64,000 nucleotides of DNA, from positions 1 through 64,000 of the forward strand of contig JANRKO010000027.1 in the NCBI GenBank assembly GCA_033763455.1, written 5' to 3'. Shown piece after piece: positions 55,483-64,000 of this stretch; within the stretch, counting starts at the first letter, position 1; every line of letters starts with the position of its first letter. This DNA comes from Polyangiaceae bacterium. GTDB lineage: Bacteria; Myxococcota_A; Polyangia; Polyangiales; Polyangiaceae. The notes beneath the pieces were generated by a model. The model saw only the letters and a program-made list of their open reading frames with translations. It did not search any database and was not told where the DNA came from. The position numbers were made by a program, and so were the translations under genes.

Positions 55483-58400
55483 ATGAATATGTCACTGTGG
55501 ATCAGACGCTTGAGCCAGGCGCTCTCCTTATGCGTGCTTGCGGCCCTTAGTGCGTGCGCTAGCGAACGCGCCCCGATTAACCGCGTCGAAGCAGATGCGT
55601 TAGCCAAAGACTTCTTCGTGGCAAGCGTCACCGATCCGAATGACAATCCAGAGTTCTACTGGCGCAACTTCGTGGTGGACGGCACCGAAGCCCAATCACT
55701 CGTGGGCATTGGTTCTTGGAGCGGGGTGGATCGCATCCGCTGGGAAATCACCGAGAACATGTTGTTCGCGCGCAAGGCCTACTCGGTAGCACCCGGTGCG
55801 GACGACAAGGGTTTGCCCGGGCAGCGGCCAAGTGGCGCCATCGTAGCGGCTTACCCAATTCTCAAGCACTTCGACATTCAGCGCTCGTACAACTCAAGTA
55901 CAGGCGAGGAGCTGAACGTTATTGAAGAAAATAGCAGCGATCGTCTTTGGAATGAGCGGAAATACTTCCGCGTGGATTGGTCGATCAATCTGGTGGAGAC
56001 ACCGCAGTGGTACGACATGTTCGTTGGCTCCATGTTCGGCGAAATCCAGGTCACGCCCCTCACTTATTACGTGAATGACCCCGGGCACCCCGATGCGCCG
56101 CACTTCGACGCGAACGCGGGCTACTTCGATATCACGAGCAAATTCGTCATCAAGCCAGATTCAATGAGCTTCTCGGACGGCACCAAGGCCCCGGTGTGCA
56201 TGCTGGTGGGGCTATTTACCGGCTCGGCAACGAACAATTGTGACCCCCAAGAAGCCACCGTGCGTAGTTCCTACTTGCGCGTGGATAAAGTCGATCCCAA
56301 CAATGATTTTGAGCCCTTTGAAAATACGCGTGCTTCGCTCGAGGTGGTAGCCAATCCGGGCGGCATTGGGGCGAGCGACTCAGTGGGAATCGTCACCGCT
56401 CCCCGAGTGCAGTGGGATCCGCAATACGGCTTTACTGACGCCAGCATGCGCCGCTTCATGCATGTGCACAATATCTGGCAGAAGAGCCACCAAACGCGCG
56501 GCACCTGCAGTGCCGATGCCGATTGTGGCGGGGGTGGCTCTGTCTGCTTGAGTTCGCGCGAATGCAGCGTGCCCTGTAGCTACACCGCCCGCGGTGACGC
56601 GAACAACAACGGCACGGACGACCAGTGCGAAAGCACGGCAACCCGGTATTCGGGCTCCGAAGGTTCACAATGCAGTTCACGGAACCGCTGCACCATCCCG
56701 TACCGCGACCGAGTCGTGAAGCCGATTGGCTACTGGATGAACAAAGAAACCCCGGCGGCCTTGACCGACGACGTCGACTCCGCCGGCAACCGCTTAAACG
56801 TCGGGCCAACGGAAGACATTGGCAATACGTGGAACCAAGTATTGCGGCAGTCCGTAGCCAAAGCGCGCGAGATAGAATGCAGGCGAACCAATTCAGGGGA
56901 TCGAGCTACGTGCCATGCCAAGTATTTCGAACCCGGGGCTATCGACATGGTGAGCTTTGGCGGCTGGGGTATTGAGAAGGTCAAGGCCGACGCCGAAGAT
57001 GTGTTGGTCACTTGCCACAACCCGGTGCGCACTTACGACAACAAGCTGTGCGGCGAGCCTGGCTACAGCGCCCGAGTGGGTGACCTACGACACAATTTCT
57101 TGTTTTATTGGCCCTACTCTTCGCGAGCTCCGTGGGGAGGCATTGCGAATTGGAACGCTGACCCTCTCACCGGGGAAATTATTGGTGCTGCAGCCACCAC
57201 GATGGGACGCTCTGCCACGTTCGCCGCGGCCTTCACGCGCGACAACATCATGGTTGCCAATGGTGAGCTGAGCGTGAGCGACATTACCAACGGCACCCCC
57301 GCCTACCGCTACCAAAAACAGCTGCAAGGCGGCCGTACCCCCAAAACGTACACGAAGGAAGAGCTCGCTCAGATGGTGGGTTCGGTAGATGCCGCGAACG
57401 CCGCCAAGCAGCTCCATCCCCATGCTGTCGGGACTCTGAAGGACAACCTTCCGAACTATTTCAAGATGCTCCACGCCACCAAAGTGGCTCCCACCGTAAC
57501 CTCGCAGACGCTTCAGTTCGACGCGATCGCCAATAAGCTGCGTGGTTCGCAAGCTGAAGCGCAAATTGTGGACAAGAATTGGCTCGTCGATTCCATTTCG
57601 ATGACGCACACCAACGAAGACGTGCTGGAGCTCGCATCTCCGCTGCGAGGGCTGGAACAGGGCCGTGTAAGAGCACTCCAGGATAACATCCTCGCCGGGG
57701 CAGAAAAGCGAGGTCTCTGCTATTTTGAGCCATTTATCGGCACCGTGGGCAACGCGGATGTCACCGGCGTGGCTCGCTTCTTCAAAGAAAAGTACAGCGA
57801 CGCGAAGCTCAGCGCGCAATTCCCCGGGGACAGCGGCAACCCCACCGCCCTTTCTAAGCGAAGAGCCGAAGCCATCTACAACGACCTGTGGAAGGACAGC
57901 TACAAAGGCATCGCCCTGCACGAGGTGGGGCACTCCCTCGGCATGTTGCACGAGTTCGCCTCGTCCTATGACTCAACGAACTTCAATCCCCAGTACTGGC
58001 AGCTGCGCACGGGTGAAGGCAAGGCAACGGCCTCGTGCGAGGGCAACCCACGCACCGGTGACGTGATGGACCCGAAGAAGGACTCCTGCATGGGTCCCCG
58101 CTACCTCGACCCTGAAAATGCGGACGAGCTCGGGCAGGCTGAAGAATCCCGACCAGGAATCAACTACTTCGGCAACACCTCCACCATGGAGTACCAAAAC
58201 GAGCGCTTCTTCGAGAGCGTTGGTTTGGGTCAGTTCGACGAACACACCATGAATGTCCTGTACGGCCGCGTCGTGCAGACGTTCGACGGAGATGCCCCGG
58301 ATGGCTTGCCACTGGCTGACCAGAAAACCTTTGCTGTGCGCAACTGGAGCCACCTGACGGACTACGCGCTCGCCAACTGGGAGAGTGCGCTTACGAGCGG

Positions 58401-59997
58401 CGTGCAACCCATGCACTATACCGAGGCGGCTCGGCGCATGAAGCTGTTCGACCCCAGCCGCTGCCGCGACGCGACGGCAGAGGAAAAAGCTCACGCTGAG
58501 TGGCGTATCGTGCACGGGAAAGTGTGCGCCCCGGCTCCGCGAGATCACGCAACCTGGGACGACATGCGGGATGGTTTCTCCGCAGGCAACGACTATCTGG
58601 CGACGAAGCTAAACGTACGCACCGACGCGAAGACAGCTCCCGGGGCAATTCGCTGGCCGTATCGCTGGGGCACCACCAGCAACTCCTACCTCCACACCAA
58701 CCCGAGCGACGCCGGAGCGGATGTCTACGAGGTAACGATGGAGACGATCCGAAAGTTCGACTACAGCTATCCGTTCCGCTACTTCCGCCGCGGCAACCGC
58801 GATTGGTACTACCCGGGCATTCCCTCGCGCACCATCAATGATTTCTACGAACGCCTGCGCTCCTACCACTGGGGCATCGCGAACAACAACGCATACTTCC
58901 GATCTTTCGGCGATGCCGACTACCAGGCAATTGCGGGCTCCGATGATTGGTGGCGCCCCTACATCATCGCTGAGCGTGAGATGTTCGATAACATCACGCG
59001 CGCCCTCCTGATGCCGGAAATCGGTGGATACACCAGGGTCACGCAGAAATCCGCATATGGTGATGTGTTCCTTGGTTCACTGAAAGACATCTACCTTCCC
59101 GGCGCATCAGAAGCCCAAGCCACCTTCATCTTGGATGCCTCTTCCGGTCGCTATATCAGTCCGTCGTTCAACGACGGCCCTGGCGGCGGTGGCTCCTGGG
59201 AGTATCAGAACTGGCTGAATTGGGTCGGTTTTTCGGTGGAAAAGAGCGAGGCTGGCCGCGCCCTCACCGACGGTCGTGCCGTTTTCCAGACCAACTCGAA
59301 CCAAAATTACCTCGATGGTCGCGGCCTCAGCGTGAGTTTCCGTACGGACATGCCCGAAGCCGTCGATCGCTTAATCGGTGGCTTGCTCTCCAGCGATTGG
59401 GACACCATCGCTCCCTACGTAACCATCAACCTGGCCGATCAGCACCCGGAACTGAAGATGACGGAGCTTTCGGGCACCGCTCCCAAGCGCCCTACGGGCA
59501 CGGGGCTCGTTTATCCCAACGTGGGTTACCAGCAGCAGATTTCCACGCTGATCTACACGCACTTGTTCTCGCGCTTGGACACAGATCTAACGCTAGCTAA
59601 CAAGATGCGCATCTGGATCGATGGGTATCTCGGTGAGTTTAACATCCCGGCGGATCAACAGATCCGCTTCACCAACCCGGAAAGTGGCCTCACGTATATC
59701 GCACGCAAGTACGGACCTGATGAAATCGATGGCAAAGTGGTCGACAAAGGAGTGGCCTCACGCATGCTCGATCGAGCCAACCAGCTGCTACTTCTCACGT
59801 ATCAAGTGAAGCGCGATGGTCAAGGCGCCCCCATCTTGGATCAGTTTGGTCAACCCGAAGTGCTGCGGGGTACGAGCGGCGAACCACTTGAGGTTACATC
59901 GGGTTCGCTGCTAGCCGATTACAGACTGTACGTCGGTGTACTGGATGCTTCGGTGCAGATCTCCAATTTGGTCGGGTTCGGGCCCTTCAACTTTTAG
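55483..59997 (+). CDS. Large secreted lipoprotein, metzincin-type zinc metalloprotease
   Basis: Lipobox LSA|C, HEVGHSLGMLH (57919-57951), Met-turn STMEY, DPLTGEII motif and a Cys-rich insert; GAGGAG RBS just upstream. Confidence 0.85.
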   Translation: MNMSLWIRRLSQALSLCVLAALSACASERAPINRVEADALAKDFFVASVTDPNDNPEFYWRNFVVDGTEAQSLVGIGSWSGVDRIRWEITENMLFARKAYSVAPGADDKGLPGQRPSGAIVAAYPILKHFDIQRSYNSSTGEELNVIEENSSDRLWNERKYFRVDWSINLVETPQWYDMFVGSMFGEIQVTPLTYYVNDPGHPDAPHFDANAGYFDITSKFVIKPDSMSFSDGTKAPVCMLVGLFTGSATNNCDPQEATVRSSYLRVDKVDPNNDFEPFENTRASLEVVANPGGIGASDSVGIVTAPRVQWDPQYGFTDASMRRFMHVHNIWQKSHQTRGTCSADADCGGGGSVCLSSRECSVPCSYTARGDANNNGTDDQCESTATRYSGSEGSQCSSRNRCTIPYRDRVVKPIGYWMNKETPAALTDDVDSAGNRLNVGPTEDIGNTWNQVLRQSVAKAREIECRRTNSGDRATCHAKYFEPGAIDMVSFGGWGIEKVKADAEDVLVTCHNPVRTYDNKLCGEPGYSARVGDLRHNFLFYWPYSSRAPWGGIANWNADPLTGEIIGAAATTMGRSATFAAAFTRDNIMVANGELSVSDITNGTPAYRYQKQLQGGRTPKTYTKEELAQMVGSVDAANAAKQLHPHAVGTLKDNLPNYFKMLHATKVAPTVTSQTLQFDAIANKLRGSQAEAQIVDKNWLVDSISMTHTNEDVLELASPLRGLEQGRVRALQDNILAGAEKRGLCYFEPFIGTVGNADVTGVARFFKEKYSDAKLSAQFPGDSGNPTALSKRRAEAIYNDLWKDSYKGIALHEVGHSLGMLHEFASSYDSTNFNPQYWQLRTGEGKATASCEGNPRTGDVMDPKKDSCMGPRYLDPENADELGQAEESRPGINYFGNTSTMEYQNERFFESVGLGQFDEHTMNVLYGRVVQTFDGDAPDGLPLADQKTFAVRNWSHLTDYALANWESALTSGVQPMHYTEAARRMKLFDPSRCRDATAEEKAHAEWRIVHGKVCAPAPRDHATWDDMRDGFSAGNDYLATKLNVRTDAKTAPGAIRWPYRWGTTSNSYLHTNPSDAGADVYEVTMETIRKFDYSYPFRYFRRGNRDWYYPGIPSRTINDFYERLRSYHWGIANNNAYFRSFGDADYQAIAGSDDWWRPYIIAEREMFDNITRALLMPEIGGYTRVTQKSAYGDVFLGSLKDIYLPGASEAQATFILDASSGRYISPSFNDGPGGGGSWEYQNWLNWVGFSVEKSEAGRALTDGRAVFQTNSNQNYLDGRGLSVSFRTDMPEAVDRLIGGLLSSDWDTIAPYVTINLADQHPELKMTELSGTAPKRPTGTGLVYPNVGYQQQISTLIYTHLFSRLDTDLTLANKMRIWIDGYLGEFNIPADQQIRFTNPESGLTYIARKYGPDEIDGKVVDKGVASRMLDRANQLLLLTYQVKRDGQGAPILDQFGQPEVLRGTSGEPLEVTSGSLLADYRLYVGVLDASVQISNLVGFGPFNF

Positions 59998-60081
59998 GGC
60001 GCCCACAAGCTGCTCACCGGAGGAAAACGGCGGCCGCGCTAGCGGCTTCCGAAATGTATGGCAGCGTTGATCACGAACGAC

Positions 60082-61041
60082 TCAGCTGTGGCGTTCGACT
60101 AAGTAGCCGTCCTGAAGCAACTTAGAAATGCCCTTCATCACTTCCAGATCGTTCTCAGGGCGTGAATCGAGCAAGGCTCGGAAGCTCTCGGCGTTTAAAG
60201 CGTCCTGCATCAGGGCCAAAGAAAGATCGTCCAGCGCCTCAAGCGGGACAAGCAGGGGAGTCGGCATCGAAAACCGACTGCTCATGCGAGGCAACTCTTC
60301 CGCTAAGCGGCGCACCTCATCGAAATGGCGCATCGACTCGATGACAAGGTGTTCGGTGGAGCCGCCGAGCGGCGTGGCCCCTATGCCTTCTTCGGCCGCT
60401 TCGAGCTCAAATTGCCCTTTGGCCAAACCCATAAGCCGATAGAGGGCCTTTTCCGGCGGCAGCCGTGGCAGCCTCAACAATTCAGCCCTCACGATCTGGC
60501 CGTGCTGAAGGACTATCTTCCCGGCACCTGCGGGTGCCCGTAGCACCAACACGCCAGATTTCTTCCCATTCGCAAGTAGCTGAACCAGATCGGTGACTGG
60601 GATCTCGGCAAGATCGCCCCGCATCCTCGGGCCACTTTGGGCAGATGGCTCCGATTCAATGTCCTTGAGGCTTCTTACAGCAGAAGCGGGAGAAATACTG
60701 GCACGATCCGGTGCGATCAGCTTGAGAATACTGGTGCCAATCAGCAACCGATCTCCAATGGTGAGCTCCGCACGCCGTACCCGCTCCCCGTTGACAAACG
60801 TGCCATTAGTGGATCCGAGGTCAGAAACCCGCACGCTCGAACCACGTCGCGTAAGCGTCGCGTGGTGACGTGAGACGAGCTCTTCCACTAAGACCAGATC
60901 GGCGTCAGTAGCGCGACCGATCAGCAACTCCTGGTTCACATCAAGCGGGAACTCTCCACCCTCGTATTTTCCTGAGATGAAACGCAGGACAAGAACCTGA
61001 CGTTCTGAAATTTTCGCCGAAAATGCAGATGACTGGGGCAT
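60082..61041 (-). CDS. FHA domain + DUF4388 (PATAN) protein
   Basis: FHA: IGR...VSRHHA...DLGSTNGTFVNG. DUF4388: MRGDLAEIPVTDLVQLL...KSGVL...G.IVRA. Confidence 0.9.
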   Translation of the reverse strand: MPQSSAFSAKISERQVLVLRFISGKYEGGEFPLDVNQELLIGRATDADLVLVEELVSRHHATLTRRGSSVRVSDLGSTNGTFVNGERVRRAELTIGDRLLIGTSILKLIAPDRASISPASAVRSLKDIESEPSAQSGPRMRGDLAEIPVTDLVQLLANGKKSGVLVLRAPAGAGKIVLQHGQIVRAELLRLPRLPPEKALYRLMGLAKGQFELEAAEEGIGATPLGGSTEHLVIESMRHFDEVRRLAEELPRMSSRFSMPTPLLVPLEALDDLSLALMQDALNAESFRALLDSRPENDLEVMKGISKLLQDGYLVERHS

Positions 61042-61114
61042 GCGAAGCTACGGGTAGAAGCAGTTTGTGTAGCTCCACCACAGCGCCGAGGATACGGCTT
61101 TGTTGCAAAAACGG

Positions 61115-63253
61115 TCAAGAAATAGCCGAGCCCGTGGCGGCACCGAGACCAGGGCGCAGCGCCGCGCGGGGGTTGCTTGACGTTTCGATGACGCTTGAAA
61201 TCGGAAGCGTGATCGAGAAGGTGCTGCCCTGACCGGGCTGGGATTTGACATCGATGCGCCCACCCATTTCTTCGACAATGCGTTGACTGATAGCCAAGCC
61301 AAGGCCGGTACCTTTTGGTTTCGTGGTAAAAAACGGCACAAATAGGCTTTGTCGGATCTCCTTGGTCATGCCTTTGCCGGTATCAGAAACGGCGATCTCA
61401 AGCCATTTGCCAGCTCTATCTTGGGTGGTGTCCTCAATGACCCGCGTCGAGACCACCACCGCACCCGTCTGGTCCACCGCCTGGGTGGCATTCTTGACCA
61501 GGTTGAGCATCACCTGCCGCAACTGCTCGGCGTCCCCTGGGACCAACGGCAGGTTTTCACCCAGCTGGACCTCCAGCTTGCAGCTGTGGGCTGGGTCAGA
61601 CATGGCGATTCTGAGCGCATTTTCCACAACCTCGTTCACATCGAGCGGTTGGAAATCGCTTTTCCGCGGACGCGCATAGCTCAAGACCGAGCCTACCACG
61701 CGATCGAGCCGATCTACCTCTTGCAAGATGATGTCGACAAACTCCTTGTCCGCCGAGACAACATGCGAGGCAGTCAAGGTTTCGTTTAGGAGCTGAGCCG
61801 CTCCTTTGATAGCACCAAGCGGATTTTTGACCTCGTGGGCGAGCCCCGCTGCCATTTGCCCGAGCGCGGCCAGACGATCCCGCTGATGCATGCGGCGATA
61901 TTGCCGGGAGTTTTCCACCACCACACCGATTTGCAGGGCAAACGACTCCAGCAGCGCCACTTCGTCGTCGGAAAGTGCGTCGCGCACGCGATCATCAGCC
62001 ACCAGCAAAAAACCGAGCAGCTGGCTATCTTCTCCGTGGATGCTGAGGCACACGCCCGATGAGTAAGGGCCCAAGATCTTGGCGGCTGCCAGAATACGCT
62101 CGTCAGCCTCACCCTCTCCTGTCCAGCCCGCTCGGCGCCGCTCCAACGCTTCGAACTCCAGCTGTTGTAGCACCACCGAGGCGCTCTTACCGAGCCGTTC
62201 GAGCAGGGGCCGTGCCGCTGCTGCATCTATCCGCTCAGGTGCGGCTGGCCCTAAAAATGATCCCAAATAGAAGTCTGGACCCAACGGATCGCGAAAGTAG
62301 ATCGCTGCCCCGGTAACACGACTCGATTCCTCCAATGCCGCCATCACCACGGCTTGCATCTTCTGGACTTCGAGCACGTGGGAAAGCTGGGATTTGGCAA
62401 GATCGAGAGCGCGCTCTAGCGCCACACGTTCGCGGAAGAACACTAAGTGAACATATTTTTCCAGCTTGGTACGGAGCGGCTCCACCAACACCAAGATCAC
62501 GATCGCCGCAAGTGTGGCGCCAAGATACATGGTTTCGAACCCGCCATAGAGGACCACAAACACGTAGAACACGCCCGCCATCCCGAAGGCGAGCGCCGTG
62601 GATACCAGAAGCTGTACCAGCACATCAAAGAGATCCAATAGCCGCTGCCGGATGAGCGACTCGGACAACATGAACAGGAAGACCACGCTGAGCACAGCAC
62701 CCACCGGCGGCAATGGTGCGCCGATGAACCACAGAAAATCTGCAAGGCTGAACGCAGCAGCCAAAGCACCAATCGACACGAGCACACGAACGCGGCGCTG
62801 GATAGCCCGTGAACCGCTGTGTTCCCCGCGCTGGGCCAACGACCACAAACCAGCCGCAAGGAGCCCAAACACGTAGAGGAAGATCACATCCCGCTCAAGC
62901 GCCGTTTGGCGGGGCAAGGCCACCAGAACAAGCAAGGGAAGCATCAAAATCCCCGCCACGCGCAGCAGCTTGGAAGGGCCCGGCTTTCTGGGCACAACCG
63001 CGTCGAACAAGTGCAACGCGAACTGGGGAAGCAAGACCACCAGGAGGATGGTGAAGCGCACCCACACATCCGCACGTACGAAATGATAGAGCCACTGCGC
63101 GAGGTACCAGAGCCCGATGTCCGCAGCGAAGGCGGCAAACAGGATCTGGGCGCGTCTCGGGCGACCTCGCAGGAGAATCGATACGGCAATGGCGAGCGCC
63201 AAAGCGCCGCAGAACAACGACGTCTGCGTTCGCAGATCGGCCAACTTATTCAT
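61115..63253 (-). CDS. Multi-TM sensor histidine kinase with GAF domain (NtrB-like)
   Basis: About nine hydrophobic segments, GAF-like region, H-box AHEVKNPL, NLVKNA, DTGKG, PFFTTK and GTGLGL. Start set at ATG 63253, overlapping the nadD stop. Confidence 0.9.
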   Translation of the reverse strand: MNKLADLRTQTSLFCGALALAIAVSILLRGRPRRAQILFAAFAADIGLWYLAQWLYHFVRADVWVRFTILLVVLLPQFALHLFDAVVPRKPGPSKLLRVAGILMLPLLVLVALPRQTALERDVIFLYVFGLLAAGLWSLAQRGEHSGSRAIQRRVRVLVSIGALAAAFSLADFLWFIGAPLPPVGAVLSVVFLFMLSESLIRQRLLDLFDVLVQLLVSTALAFGMAGVFYVFVVLYGGFETMYLGATLAAIVILVLVEPLRTKLEKYVHLVFFRERVALERALDLAKSQLSHVLEVQKMQAVVMAALEESSRVTGAAIYFRDPLGPDFYLGSFLGPAAPERIDAAAARPLLERLGKSASVVLQQLEFEALERRRAGWTGEGEADERILAAAKILGPYSSGVCLSIHGEDSQLLGFLLVADDRVRDALSDDEVALLESFALQIGVVVENSRQYRRMHQRDRLAALGQMAAGLAHEVKNPLGAIKGAAQLLNETLTASHVVSADKEFVDIILQEVDRLDRVVGSVLSYARPRKSDFQPLDVNEVVENALRIAMSDPAHSCKLEVQLGENLPLVPGDAEQLRQVMLNLVKNATQAVDQTGAVVVSTRVIEDTTQDRAGKWLEIAVSDTGKGMTKEIRQSLFVPFFTTKPKGTGLGLAISQRIVEEMGGRIDVKSQPGQGSTFSITLPISSVIETSSNPRAALRPGLGAATGSAIS

Positions 63254-63812
63254 CGCGGTAGAGGCCCTCGGCGTCGATGTACGCGAGCACATTGGCGGGA
63301 ACGGTTGCTTCAAGCTCGCGTTTCGCGCTTGGATCTTCTCGGGCAAGCAAGAGCTCACGAACGCGCGTGGAAGAAACTCCCGGCAATACGGGTGCTGGCG
63401 CACCTGGTCCCGCGACACCTACGCGGCCCAAAATGTTGAGTGGCGCGAGCTCCCGGAGACGCGAAGCGCCGTACCATTTCTCAAAATCCGGCAACTGATC
63501 TGCCCCAACAAGCAGAGAAAATTGGGAATCTGGCTCCTTCTGCGTGAGGTACTCAAGCGTTGCGAGCGTACGGCTCGGAGCGGGTAAGCTCGCTTCCACG
63601 CGGGAGACGGTGACCCCAGGGATCCACCCCATGCACAGCTCTACCATCCGAAAGCGATGCTCGAAGCTCGCCAAGCGCTTGGCGAAGGCATGCTCAAACA
63701 CGGGCACCACGAGCACCTTCTCGGCCCAACCCACCGACAAGGCGTAGCTTACGGCCAACACGTGAGACACGTGGGGTGGGTTGAAACTTCCGCCGTAGAA
63801 CGCCACTTTCAT
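63246..63812 (-). CDS. nadD: Nicotinate-nucleotide adenylyltransferase
   Basis: FYGGSFNPPHVSH, HRFRM, VGADQ...W, VSSTRVR and VLAYI..GLY. Start set at ATG 63812. Confidence 0.92.
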   Translation of the reverse strand: MKVAFYGGSFNPPHVSHVLAVSYALSVGWAEKVLVVPVFEHAFAKRLASFEHRFRMVELCMGWIPGVTVSRVEASLPAPSRTLATLEYLTQKEPDSQFSLLVGADQLPDFEKWYGASRLRELAPLNILGRVGVAGPGAPAPVLPGVSSTRVRELLLAREDPSAKRELEATVPANVLAYIDAEGLYRDE

Positions 63813-64000
63813 ACGAAAGCCGCGGGTATCGTACACACTTCGTCGAAGCCTTGGGTGTTTTTTACTTCCCGAAAGCGAGTGACGCCTTAAGCTCGGGCAA
63901 CTTCTTCAGATGGTCCGACGCCTCTCCCCACCCAAAAAGCCCGTTGAGATTTGGCATGACGGCGAAAAGCTGGTTGCCGAAGCAGGGGAGCCTCTGGCCT

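Noticed and set aside
63949..63962. Fifth palindrome copy (ttggcatgac)
   Set aside because: Only 10 bp match and the right arm is missing; could be chance or a decayed copy.

Overview
A GC-rich bacterial window whose gene content points to Myxococcota, probably Polyangiales-like (inference from Hanks kinases, an FHA-DUF4388 protein, an elb-type ether-lipid operon and a giant lipoprotein metalloprotease). Most of it is housekeeping or envelope genes: tRNA-Ser(GCT), glcD-like, orn, ruvC, lolA, rnd, serB, yggX, hflKC, an RND pump, aroE, xseA, biotin carboxylase, hisD and nadD. Three things stand out. (1) A ~9 kb co-oriented defence cassette (24067-33102): a Type ISP restriction-modification enzyme carrying a C-terminal LexA/S24 autopeptidase domain with intact motifs, followed by an IetA/IetS-like AAA-ATPase and S8 protease pair. 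(2) A four-gene, translationally coupled ether-lipid-type operon (HAD, LarA-like, ElbD-like, SDR) whose megaenzyme ends in an extra SCP2-like domain. (3) A 16-bp palindrome (ACTTGTCATGACAAGT and variants) found four times, only between genes, partly inside ~100-bp repeat units. Smaller observations include a probable pseudo-enzyme GH133 glucosidase, an orphan remnant of the LeuRS C-terminus, a kinase-NTPase-TPR protein and a SMI1/KNR4 gene coupled to hisD. All calls come from motif recognition by eye; no database search was run.
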